A stretch of DNA of 63,561 bases from Candidatus Omnitrophota bacterium (GTDB lineage: Bacteria; Omnitrophota; Gorgyraeia; Duberdicusellales; 4484-171): contig JAIPHA010000005.1 of the NCBI GenBank assembly GCA_021735445.1, positions 1 to 63,561 on the forward strand, written 5' to 3'. Below are positions 18,393-27,874 of this stretch, piece by piece. Within the stretch, counting starts at the first letter, position 1, and each line of letters opens with the position of its first letter. Under the pieces are notes generated by a model. That model was not told the origin of the DNA. It did no database searches and saw nothing but the letters and a program-made list of their open reading frames with translations. Position numbers and translations under genes: made by a program.

Positions 18393-19097
18393 ATGAAGCT
18401 AAAGTTAGATATATTTGAAGGCCCTCTCGATTTACTTCTTTATTTAATTAAAAAGAACCATTTAGAAATTTCGGATATCTCTATTACACAGGTAGTAGAC
18501 CAGTACTTACAGTTTCTTGAATTTATGAAACTGCTTGATTTAACTGTTGCTTCTGAATACTTGTTAATGGCTGCTACTTTAATCAGTATAAAATCAAAAA
18601 GTGTTTTGCCTAAAAAAGAAGAAGAGCCGGAGGAGGAAGAAGAAAACGCTGATCTTTTGGTTAAACGCTTGCTTGAATATGAAAAATTTAAAGAAGCTGC
18701 GGGGTTTTTGCGTAATAAAGAAAATCAAAGAAATAAATATTTTCCCCGCCCGACTTCCTCTTTGAAAGAATATAATGAACCTTATATTGAAGCCTCAATT
18801 TTTGATTTAATTAGCGCTTTTAAATCAGCTCTTAAAGAAGTTCCCAAAGATGTTTTTTTTGAGGTAATTAAAGAAGAATTTACGGTTGAAGACAAGATTC
18901 ATGATATTTTGCATATCGTTTTAGAAAAAAATAAGGTTTCTTTGGAAAAATTGTTTTCACAAAGCAAGAGCAAAATAGAAATAGTGGTCACTTTTTTGGC
19001 AATTTTAGAGTTAATTAAATTAAAAGAAATTGTTGCTGTCCAAGAGCAGCTTTTTAGCCCAATTTCGATTGCCAGGCCTCAACTAGTGAGTAGCTAA
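18393..19097 (+). CDS. scpA: Segregation/condensation protein A (kleisin)
   Basis: 'FEGPLDLLLYLI', 'ASEYLLMAATL..IKS' and 'VVTFLAILEL'. Confidence 0.95.
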   Translation: MKLKLDIFEGPLDLLLYLIKKNHLEISDISITQVVDQYLQFLEFMKLLDLTVASEYLLMAATLISIKSKSVLPKKEEEPEEEEENADLLVKRLLEYEKFKEAAGFLRNKENQRNKYFPRPTSSLKEYNEPYIEASIFDLISAFKSALKEVPKDVFFEVIKEEFTVEDKIHDILHIVLEKNKVSLEKLFSQSKSKIEIVVTFLAILELIKLKEIVAVQEQLFSPISIARPQLVSS

Positions 19098-19103
19098 TTA
19101 AAA

Positions 19104-20099
19104 ATGTCCGAAGAAAGATTCGTCGATTATTTAAAAGAAAACGAAGAAGAACAAATTGTTAATCTTTCTTTGCGTCCTCACAACCTTGATCAGTTTATCG
19201 GCCAGTCCAATACCATATCGGCTCTTAAAATCGCGATAGCGGCAGCAAAAAAAAGAGAAGAACCGATTGAACATCTTTTGCTTTCCGGGCCTCCCGGATT
19301 GGGAAAAACTTCCCTTGCTTATTGTGTGGCTAAAGAAATGGGGGCAAAGCTTACCTCAACCAGCGGCCCGGCTATTGAACGGGCCGGGGATTTAGTAGGG
19401 ATCCTTACCAATTTGGAAAAAGGCGACGTTTTGTTTATCGATGAGATTCACAGGGTATCTAAAGTAGTTGAAGAGTTCTTGTACCCGGCTATGGAGAATT
19501 TTCAAATTGATTTTATAATTGACAAGGGCCCTTACGCCAAAAGCGTTAAATTCAACCTGAATCCTTTTACTTTAATTGGCGCAACTACTAAAAAAGGATT
19601 GTTGAGTGCACCCTTGCGGGGGCGGTTTGGGCTGTTTTTTGACTTTGATTTTTATCCCGTAGATGAATTAGCTGCAGTCGTTTCAAGAAGCGCAAAATTG
19701 TTAGATGTTCCAATTGATAAAGACAGTTGCCTTGAGATTGCTTCCCGCTCACGCGGCGCGCCCCGGCTTTGCAACCGCCTTCTTAAAAGAATCAGAGATT
19801 ATGCTCAAGTTGAGGGAGATGGTAAGATTAATTTAGAAATGACAAAAACCGCATTGCAAAAAGTAGGCATAGACGGCCAAGGCTTTGATGGCCTTGACAG
19901 AAAATATCTATCTGCCCTTATAAATATTTATCAAGGCGGCCCGGCCGGAATTGATGCGATTGCGGCTTCTTTAGGCGAGGATCGCCAAACTCTCGAGGAT
20001 GTAGTTGAACCCTATCTTCTTACTAAAGGTTTTGTAACACGAAGCCCGCGCGGCCGAATCGCTACCGATAAATCTTACCACCACCTCCAAACCTTTTAA
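19104..20099 (+). CDS. ruvB: Holliday junction branch migration helicase RuvB
   Basis: 'LRPHNLDQFIGQ', 'GPPGLGKT', 'FIDEIHR' and 'GATT'. Confidence 0.97.
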   Translation: MSEERFVDYLKENEEEQIVNLSLRPHNLDQFIGQSNTISALKIAIAAAKKREEPIEHLLLSGPPGLGKTSLAYCVAKEMGAKLTSTSGPAIERAGDLVGILTNLEKGDVLFIDEIHRVSKVVEEFLYPAMENFQIDFIIDKGPYAKSVKFNLNPFTLIGATTKKGLLSAPLRGRFGLFFDFDFYPVDELAAVVSRSAKLLDVPIDKDSCLEIASRSRGAPRLCNRLLKRIRDYAQVEGDGKINLEMTKTALQKVGIDGQGFDGLDRKYLSALINIYQGGPAGIDAIAASLGEDRQTLEDVVEPYLLTKGFVTRSPRGRIATDKSYHHLQTF

Positions 20100-20121
20100 T
20101 CTCTGTCTCCGGGGCGGGAAT

Positions 20122-20149
20122 TTGTTTATTTTTTAAACTGTGATATAAT
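20122..20149 (+). promoter_or_regulatory. Sigma70-type promoter with extended -10
   Basis: TTGTTT (20122-20127) and TG-A-TATAAT (20141-20149). Confidence 0.5.
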
Positions 20150-20158
20150 TAGCCTACC

Positions 20159-21546
<1,388 letters not shown>

Positions 21547-21550
21547 TAAA

Positions 21551-22246
21551 ATGATTATCGATATTATTACTATATTTCCTGAGATGTTTTATCCTGTTTT
21601 AGGGGAATCGATTATCAAACGGGCCCAGGAGAAAGGATTAGTCAAAATTAATATACATAACTTAAGAGATTATTCCGATGATTCGAATAGAAGAATAGAT
21701 GCGCCTTCTTATGGAGGCGGAGGTATGGTTTTTAAGCCGGGGCCGGTTTTTAAAGCGGTTGAAACTATTTTAGGCCGGGATGCAGATTCTAAAGGTAAAG
21801 GCCCGGGCCGGTTGAGGAAGATTTTATTTACCCCTAAAGGAAAAACCTTAACTCAAAATAAAATAAGTAATTTTTTAGATTTTCAAAGGTTAGTGTTGAT
21901 TGCTCCTCGTTATGAAGGAGTAGATCAAAGAGTGCATGATTTTTTGATTGATGAAGAAATTTCCGTAGGTGATTATGTACTAAGTGGTGGGGAGCTTCCG
22001 GCTATGGTTTTTGCTGATTCTTTAATCCGGCTTATCCCCGGTGTAGTCTCAGACAGAGAGTCTGTAAAACAAGAAAGTTTTCAGAAAAATTGCCTGGATT
22101 TTCCTCATTATACAAGGCCGGAAAATTTTAAAGGATTAAAAGTCCCGGAAGTTTTGCTTTCCGGAAACCATAAAAAAATAGAAGAATGGAGAAAAGCTCA
22201 AGCAAACAAAATTACCAGAAAACAAAGGCCGGATCTATTAAAATAA
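21551..22246 (+). CDS. trmD: tRNA (guanine37-N1)-methyltransferase
   Basis: 'IITIFPEMF', 'RYEGVDQRV', 'SVGDYVLSGGE' and 'PHYTRP'. Confidence 0.97.
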   Translation: MIIDIITIFPEMFYPVLGESIIKRAQEKGLVKINIHNLRDYSDDSNRRIDAPSYGGGGMVFKPGPVFKAVETILGRDADSKGKGPGRLRKILFTPKGKTLTQNKISNFLDFQRLVLIAPRYEGVDQRVHDFLIDEEISVGDYVLSGGELPAMVFADSLIRLIPGVVSDRESVKQESFQKNCLDFPHYTRPENFKGLKVPEVLLSGNHKKIEEWRKAQANKITRKQRPDLLK

Positions 22247-22337
22247 TCAACGAATGTACGAATCAATTACGAATTTACAAATTTATAAAATATTTATTCG
22301 TATATTCGTATAAGATTGGTAAATTCGTAGATGATTA
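22244..22337. repeat. ACGAAT palindromic element, family B copy 2 (inverted relative to copies 1 and 3)
   Basis: Begins with the trmD stop (TAATCAACGAATGTACGAATCAATTACGAAT); its reverse complement aligns with 54941-55030. Confidence 0.85.
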
Positions 22338-22365
22338 TTAATTAACTAAATAATAAGGAGGGAAG

Positions 22366-22713
22366 ATGGGAAAATTAGATAAAGTCGAAAAAGAGTTGAA
22401 GGAGTCTTATAAAAAAGATTATCCGGATTTCAGCCAGGGTGATATGATTAAAGTATTCTATAAGATAATGGAAAAAGGAAAGACCCGCCTGCACCCGGTT
22501 GAAGGAGTAGTAATAAAGTCACAGGGCCAGATGCAAAGAAAATCTTTTACGGTAAGAAGAATCGCTTATGGGCAGGCTTATGAAGTAACTTTTCCCTATT
22601 ATTCGCCCAAAATTGAAAAGATTGAGTTGATCAAAAAAAGCAAAAGACGGCCGAGAAGAAGCAAACTTTATTATCTAAGAGGCAGAGTCGGCCGTAAGGC
22701 AACTAACGCCTAA
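22366..22713 (+). CDS. rplS: 50S ribosomal protein L19
   Basis: 'F..GD.IKV..KI.EKGKTRL', 'FTVRRIAYG' and 'RRSKLYYLR'. Confidence 0.92.
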   Translation: MGKLDKVEKELKESYKKDYPDFSQGDMIKVFYKIMEKGKTRLHPVEGVVIKSQGQMQRKSFTVRRIAYGQAYEVTFPYYSPKIEKIELIKKSKRRPRRSKLYYLRGRVGRKATNA

Positions 22714-22716
22714 AAT

Positions 22717-22787
22717 AAGTCACAAGTTTTATGTCACAAGTCACAAGTTACAAGCTAACATGTTACATGTGACTTTATACTTATGAC
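22717..22787. repeat. Heptamer tandem-repeat hairpin (AAGTCAC alphabet)
   Basis: AAGTCAC AAGTTTT ATGTCAC AAGTCAC AAGTTAC (22717-22751); right arm GTTACAT GTGACTT TATACTT ATGAC. Confidence 0.78.
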
Positions 22788-22802
22788 GCGAGGTATTAAG
22801 AG

Positions 22803-23366
22803 GTGATAGTAGGAATCGATGAAGCAGGAAGGGGCCCTTTAGCGGGTTCGGTTGTAGTCTGCGCTTTAGCTTTAGGAGACCGATTCCCCTATCCGGTAAA
22901 AGACTCTAAAGCTTTATCAGTTAAGAAAAGAGAAGCTGTTTTTTCCTGGATATTGAAAAATTGTGATTATGCGGTTAGTAAAGCCTGCAGAGAAGAAATA
23001 GAAGAAATCAATATTTTAGAGGCAACTTATCTAGCAGCCGAAGGAGCGATAACCAAGTTAATCGAGAAGGATGCTAAATTTAAAAATGCCAATTTTATAA
23101 TTGACGGCAGTTCTTTTAAAACTAAATTGGATATAAAATATCGATGTATTAAAAAAGCTGATCAAAAAATCGCCCAAGTAGCTTGTGCCTCTGTGGTGGC
23201 AAAAGTAACAAGAGATTACTTGATGCAGTTGGCCGGTTTTCTTTATCCTCAATGGAATTTTCCTAAACATAAAGGTTATCCGACCAAAGAGCACTATTTA
23301 TTAATTGATAAATACAAACTTTCACCCCTGCATCGGCGCAGCTTTTTAAAAAATCTGAATTTTTGA
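22803..23366 (+). CDS. rnhB: Ribonuclease HII
   Basis: 'GIDEAGRGPLAG', 'KDSKAL', 'KKAD', 'AKVTRD' and 'HKGYPT'. Confidence 0.95.
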   Translation: MIVGIDEAGRGPLAGSVVVCALALGDRFPYPVKDSKALSVKKREAVFSWILKNCDYAVSKACREEIEEINILEATYLAAEGAITKLIEKDAKFKNANFIIDGSSFKTKLDIKYRCIKKADQKIAQVACASVVAKVTRDYLMQLAGFLYPQWNFPKHKGYPTKEHYLLIDKYKLSPLHRRSFLKNLNF

Positions 23367-23379
23367 AAAATCGATTATA

Positions 23380-23928
23380 ATGATTACAAAAAACTACAGA
23401 AAACAAATTAAGCCTTATTTAGACGATTTAGCCAAAAAGCGGCTTGCTCCGGGCGGAGGCAGTGCGGGGGCTTTGGCTTTTTGCCTGGGCTGCTCTTTAA
23501 TCGCTAAATCGATTAATCATACAAAAAACAAAGAGATGCCTAAAGTAAAGGAGCGTAAGCTAACCAACCGGCTGGATAAGATATTAAACCTTAAGAAAAA
23601 AGTTTACCCCTATATCGACCGGGATGGCCGGCTTTTTTCTCAGATGATAAAAAGCGGGGGCCAAGAGAGGCAAAGGTATTTGAAAGAAATGACCTGCCTG
23701 CTTAAAGATCTTGCTCAATCGTCTGATACGGTAATTTCGCTTGCCAAAGAATTAGATTTTGATATAAAAAAGAGTATCAAAAGCGACTTTTATTTAGGAC
23801 TGCAATTTATTAGAGTTTCTTTAGAGAGCGTAATTTTTAATTTGGAAGCCAACAGCAACCAGAAAAAAGGAAAAGATAAATATTTGCAAAATCTTAAAAA
23901 TGTTTCAAAGAAAATAAAAATTAGATAA
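23380..23928 (+). CDS. fchA: Cyclodeaminase/cyclohydrolase family protein (FTCD_C), probable methenyl-THF cyclohydrolase FchA
   Basis: 'YLDDLAKKRLAPGGGSAGALA' motif; directly upstream of folD. Confidence 0.75.
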   Translation: MITKNYRKQIKPYLDDLAKKRLAPGGGSAGALAFCLGCSLIAKSINHTKNKEMPKVKERKLTNRLDKILNLKKKVYPYIDRDGRLFSQMIKSGGQERQRYLKEMTCLLKDLAQSSDTVISLAKELDFDIKKSIKSDFYLGLQFIRVSLESVIFNLEANSNQKKGKDKYLQNLKNVSKKIKIR

Positions 23929-23929
23929 A

Positions 23930-24769
23930 ATGGGAAAAATAATCAATATAGAAAAAATTGCCGATAGGTTAGAGGAAGAGTTGATAAGGGAAGTTAAAAA
24001 AATGCCTGCTCTTTCGTTGGCTTCTTTACGGTTCGGGCAAGCTCCCGATGCGCAAATCTATGTAAACAGCCAGATGAGACTGGCTAAGAAAATAGGGGTT
24101 GATTTCTTTCTTCATAATGCATCCGATCAGCTGTCAGAAGAGGAAGCTGCCGGCCAAGTTAAAAAGCTTAACCAGAATAAAGAGGTCAAAGGAATCATTG
24201 TTAACAAACCTTTTCCCAAAGGATGGAAGCCGGAAGAAATTTTTTCAGCAATTTTACCGCAAAAAGATATAGAAGGGGTAAGCCCTTATAACTTGGGAAA
24301 AATGATTTATGGGGATTTAACTTTTGTATCCCCGACTGTTTTAGCAGTGTTTGAAATTATAAATTCTTTAGACATTGATTTATACGGTAAGAATGTGACT
24401 GTGGTCGGTTTTTCTACTTTGATCGGGAAACCATTGGTTCTTTTACTTGGCCAAAGGTTTGCTACCGTGAGCCTTACCCATATTGCTACTTATCAAAAAG
24501 AAAAACTTCCCTTTTATGTTAAAAATGCCGATCTTTTGATATCGGCAGTCGGTAAACCGCATTTTATAAAAGCAGAATGGATTAAAGATGGCGCTGTGGT
24601 GATTGATGTGGGAATATCCAAAAAAGAATCAAAAATTTTCGGTGATGTTGAATTTGAACCGGCAGTTAAAAAAACAGCCTTTATCAGCCCCGTGCCGGGC
24701 GGAGTGGGCAGGCTGACATCGCTTTTTCTTTTTAAAAATTTAGTTAAGGCAGGCAAGCTATGCAATTAA
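23930..24769 (+). CDS. folD: Methylene-THF dehydrogenase (FolD family, probably monofunctional)
   Basis: 'KDIEG', 'SPTVLAV', 'IGKP', 'ADLLISAVGKP', 'VIDVGI' and 'PVPGGVG'. The YxxxK motif reads YVNSQ. Confidence 0.92.
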   Translation: MGKIINIEKIADRLEEELIREVKKMPALSLASLRFGQAPDAQIYVNSQMRLAKKIGVDFFLHNASDQLSEEEAAGQVKKLNQNKEVKGIIVNKPFPKGWKPEEIFSAILPQKDIEGVSPYNLGKMIYGDLTFVSPTVLAVFEIINSLDIDLYGKNVTVVGFSTLIGKPLVLLLGQRFATVSLTHIATYQKEKLPFYVKNADLLISAVGKPHFIKAEWIKDGAVVIDVGISKKESKIFGDVEFEPAVKKTAFISPVPGGVGRLTSLFLFKNLVKAGKLCN

Positions 24770-25617
24770 AAGAAAAAATAGAAAAAAAACAATTTGTAAT
24801 TACTGTAGAATTGGAGGCACCCAAGGGAGTGTCTGTCCGGGATGTATTTGCTAATTTAGATAAGGTTAAAACTAAAGTCGATGCTTTTAATGTAACTGAC
24901 ATGCAAGCTTCCCGGATGCGGATGAGTTCCTGGGGTATATGCCTAAAGCTGAAACAATCCGGCTTGGAACCAATAATGCAGTTGACGGCAAGAGACCGCA
25001 ATGCTCTTGCTCTGCAAGGGGACCTTTTGGCGGTTTTTTCCTTTGGGGTTAAAAATTTATTGTTATTAAGCGGCGATGACCCCAGTTGGGGGGACCATCC
25101 TGAAGCTCAAGGTGTATTTGAATTTGATTCTGTTAAATTGATTCAGATGGTTGAAAAGCTGAATTCAGGCAGTGATTGGGCTGGAAACCGGTTAAAAGAA
25201 GGAACCAGCTTTTACAGCGGAGCTGCCTTAAATCCATTTTCTCCCAATTTAGATAAGGAGCTTAAAAAAATGGACGCAAAGATAAAAGCAGGTGCTTCTT
25301 TTTTTCAAACTCAGCCGATATTCGATGTTGAACGTTATAGAAAATTTATCGAAAAATATAATCCACCAGTTCCCATAATTGCCGGGATAACTTTGTTAAA
25401 AAGCGAAAAGATGGCTCGCTATTTAAACGATAATATTCCCGGAGTAGAAGTTCCGGCTTATTATATCGAAAAAATGGAAAAAACTGAATCAAGGCGGGAT
25501 GAATCCGTAGCTATTGCAAAAAATATTTTTAAAGAGATCAAAGGATTAGCTGGTGGAGTCCATTTTATGCCATTTGGCTGGTTTGACCAGTTAAGCCAAA
25601 TTTTATCAGATGAGTAG
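24760..25617 (+). CDS. metF: Methylenetetrahydrofolate reductase
   Basis: 'ELEAPKG', 'NVTD', 'QLTARDRN', 'LSGDDP', 'FFQTQPIFD' and 'GVHFM'. Confidence 0.92.
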   Translation: MQLKEKIEKKQFVITVELEAPKGVSVRDVFANLDKVKTKVDAFNVTDMQASRMRMSSWGICLKLKQSGLEPIMQLTARDRNALALQGDLLAVFSFGVKNLLLLSGDDPSWGDHPEAQGVFEFDSVKLIQMVEKLNSGSDWAGNRLKEGTSFYSGAALNPFSPNLDKELKKMDAKIKAGASFFQTQPIFDVERYRKFIEKYNPPVPIIAGITLLKSEKMARYLNDNIPGVEVPAYYIEKMEKTESRRDESVAIAKNIFKEIKGLAGGVHFMPFGWFDQLSQILSDE

Positions 25618-26623
25618 CGAGAAAATAACTGAGATAACGGTAATTGGGGCCGGGCCGGCGGGAAGTTCTTTCTTAGAGGCCTTGCGCAAAGCTGATCAAA
25701 GCATAAAAGTAACTCTTATAGATAAGAATGAGTTTTATTTCCCTAAAGACCAATTAAGTAAAGACCCGCTGGACCTAAAAAAAATAAAAAAAACCAGTCA
25801 ATGGGCTGCGGATTCCGGATTTAATTTTATTTGTGCCAGGGTTGAAAAAATAAGCGTAAAAAGAAAAAAGATTTACTTAGACGACTCTAAAAGGGTCGAG
25901 TTTATGAATTTAGTAGTCGCTTCGGGAGCTCTTTCTAAAAAAATCGACATAAAGGGGACAAAAAAAGACGGTTTTTTTTACTTGGCGGAGATTAATCCCT
26001 ATGACCTAAAAGCTCTTTTAAAAATTCATAATGAAGTTACTTTATCTGTAACTACTTTAGCAGGGATAAAACTGAGCATATTCCTTAGATCCCTGAAAAA
26101 GGAAGTAAGAATCGTAGCGGCTGATTTAAATTTTTTAGGGCCGGATAAAGAAAAAATAATAGATATTCTAAAAAATCAGGGTATAGCAGTTTATTTGGGT
26201 TATCGGTTAAAAGAGGTTATCGGGGAACGGGCTATTAAAGCTGTAAAAATTGAAAAAGAAAAAGATAGCTTCCAAGAGGATCAGAGTTGTTTGGTAAAAT
26301 TATTTTCTTCACAGCTGGTTTTTATCGATAGTGGCTTAAAGCCCAATCTTGGCTTTTTAGATAGTTTGGAAATTGATTTAGGAACCGAATCTTTTTTCTC
26401 AAAATACGGCCAGATTTATATAGTTGGTGATGCGGCTAATTCAGAGTTGGAGGGCCAAAAATCTTACCGGGGCAACAAAGTAAAAGCCGAACGAGGTTCT
26501 GTTGCTTTGGCTAACCATATTTTAGGTTTGGATTTCAGCCAGCCGCAAACAGGCCAAGAAGAGAATCGAGAGGATGAGGTAAAAAAAGAAATAATAGAGG
26601 AAATATACGATAAGGAGGGTTAA
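25610..26623 (+). CDS. FAD-dependent pyridine nucleotide-disulfide oxidoreductase-like protein (degenerate)
   Basis: N-terminal 'VIGAGPAG', 'LVVASGA' and 'IYIVGD'; the second Rossmann GxGxxG is not conserved. Confidence 0.7.
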   Translation: MSSEKITEITVIGAGPAGSSFLEALRKADQSIKVTLIDKNEFYFPKDQLSKDPLDLKKIKKTSQWAADSGFNFICARVEKISVKRKKIYLDDSKRVEFMNLVVASGALSKKIDIKGTKKDGFFYLAEINPYDLKALLKIHNEVTLSVTTLAGIKLSIFLRSLKKEVRIVAADLNFLGPDKEKIIDILKNQGIAVYLGYRLKEVIGERAIKAVKIEKEKDSFQEDQSCLVKLFSSQLVFIDSGLKPNLGFLDSLEIDLGTESFFSKYGQIYIVGDAANSELEGQKSYRGNKVKAERGSVALANHILGLDFSQPQTGQEENREDEVKKEIIEEIYDKEG

Positions 26624-26625
26624 TT

Positions 26626-27786
26626 ATGGCAGAATGGGTTGGCATAGGAAGACGGGCTAGACGTTGTTATGGTTTTGATGAAATTGCACTCGCGCCGGGA
26701 GAAGTAACTATAAACCCGGATGAAGTGGATAGTTCCTGGAAGTTCGGCGGTAAAAAATTTTCCATTCCAATTTTGGCTGCGGCGATGGATGGAGTCGTAG
26801 GTGTTGATTTTGCCGTGGAAATGTCAAAGTTAGGTGGAGTTGCTGTTTTAAATTTAGATGGCGTACAAACTCGCTATGAAAATCCAGATCAGGTATTAAA
26901 AGAGATTTCAAAGGCTGAGCCGGAAGCCGCCACTGCTTTAATTCAAAAAGCCTATACTGCAGATATTAAGGAAAGTTTAATTGCCAAAAGGGTAGAGGAG
27001 ATTAAAAGCGCCGGCGGTTATGCAGCAGTAAGCTGTATACCTCAAAATGCTAATCGATTTAGTAAAATCGCCGAAGATGCGGGGGCTGATTGTTTTGTGG
27101 TCCAATCGACTGTTACGACTGCAAAGCATCTTGCCAATGCTTACAAGCCTTTAAACCTATATAGTTTTTGCAAGGAAAAAAATATTCCTGTAATTATCGG
27201 CAATTGTGTTACTTATAAAGTTACTTTAGATTTGCTTTCTACCGGCTGCGCCGGAATTTTAGTTGGAGTTGGACCCGGGGCAGCCTGCACAACCCGCGGG
27301 GTTTTAGGCATAGGGGTTCCTCAGGTTACTTCAACTATTGATTGCGCTGCGGCCAGGGATTTCTATTTCCGTAAAACCGGTAAATTTGTACCGATTATTA
27401 CCGATGGCGGAATGAGCAAAGGGGGCGATATTTGTAAAGCATTTGCATCCGGGGCCGATGCTGTGATGATTGGTTCTGCTTTTACCCGGGCTAAAGAAGC
27501 GCCGGGAGGAGGCTTTCATTGGGGCATGGCGACTTCTCATAGCAATTTACCCAGAGGCACCAGGATTAAAACCGGAATATCGGGAACTTTAAAACAAATT
27601 CTTTTTGGCCCGGCTGTAGTCGATGATGGTTCACAAAATTTGATGGGAGCCTTAGCTACTTCAATGGGTTCTTTAGGGGCAAAGACTTTAGATGAGATGC
27701 ATTTTGTCGAAATTATCATAGCTCCTTCGATTCAAACTGAAGGCAAAGTTTTTCAAGCCACTCAACGAGTAGGGATGGGCAAATAA
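26626..27786 (+). CDS. guaB: IMP dehydrogenase, CBS-less GuaB3-like form
   Basis: 'AAAMDGV', catalytic 'VGVGPGAACTTR', 'PIITDGG' and 'WGMA'. Confidence 0.88.
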   Translation: MAEWVGIGRRARRCYGFDEIALAPGEVTINPDEVDSSWKFGGKKFSIPILAAAMDGVVGVDFAVEMSKLGGVAVLNLDGVQTRYENPDQVLKEISKAEPEAATALIQKAYTADIKESLIAKRVEEIKSAGGYAAVSCIPQNANRFSKIAEDAGADCFVVQSTVTTAKHLANAYKPLNLYSFCKEKNIPVIIGNCVTYKVTLDLLSTGCAGILVGVGPGAACTTRGVLGIGVPQVTSTIDCAAARDFYFRKTGKFVPIITDGGMSKGGDICKAFASGADAVMIGSAFTRAKEAPGGGFHWGMATSHSNLPRGTRIKTGISGTLKQILFGPAVVDDGSQNLMGALATSMGSLGAKTLDEMHFVEIIIAPSIQTEGKVFQATQRVGMGK

Positions 27787-27787
27787 A

Positions 27788-27872
27788 TTAGGATTAAGTG
27801 GTATGTGGTAAGGATTAAGTTGATGATCATAAAAGTTTCACTTATCACTTAACCCTTAATCCATAATCCTTA
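27788..27872. repeat. Heptamer tandem-repeat hairpin (GGATTAA/TTAATCC alphabet)
   Basis: GGATTAA GTGGTAT GTGGTAA GGATTAA opposite TTATCAC TTAACCC TTAATCC ATAATCC. Confidence 0.8.
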
Positions 27873-27874
27873 TT

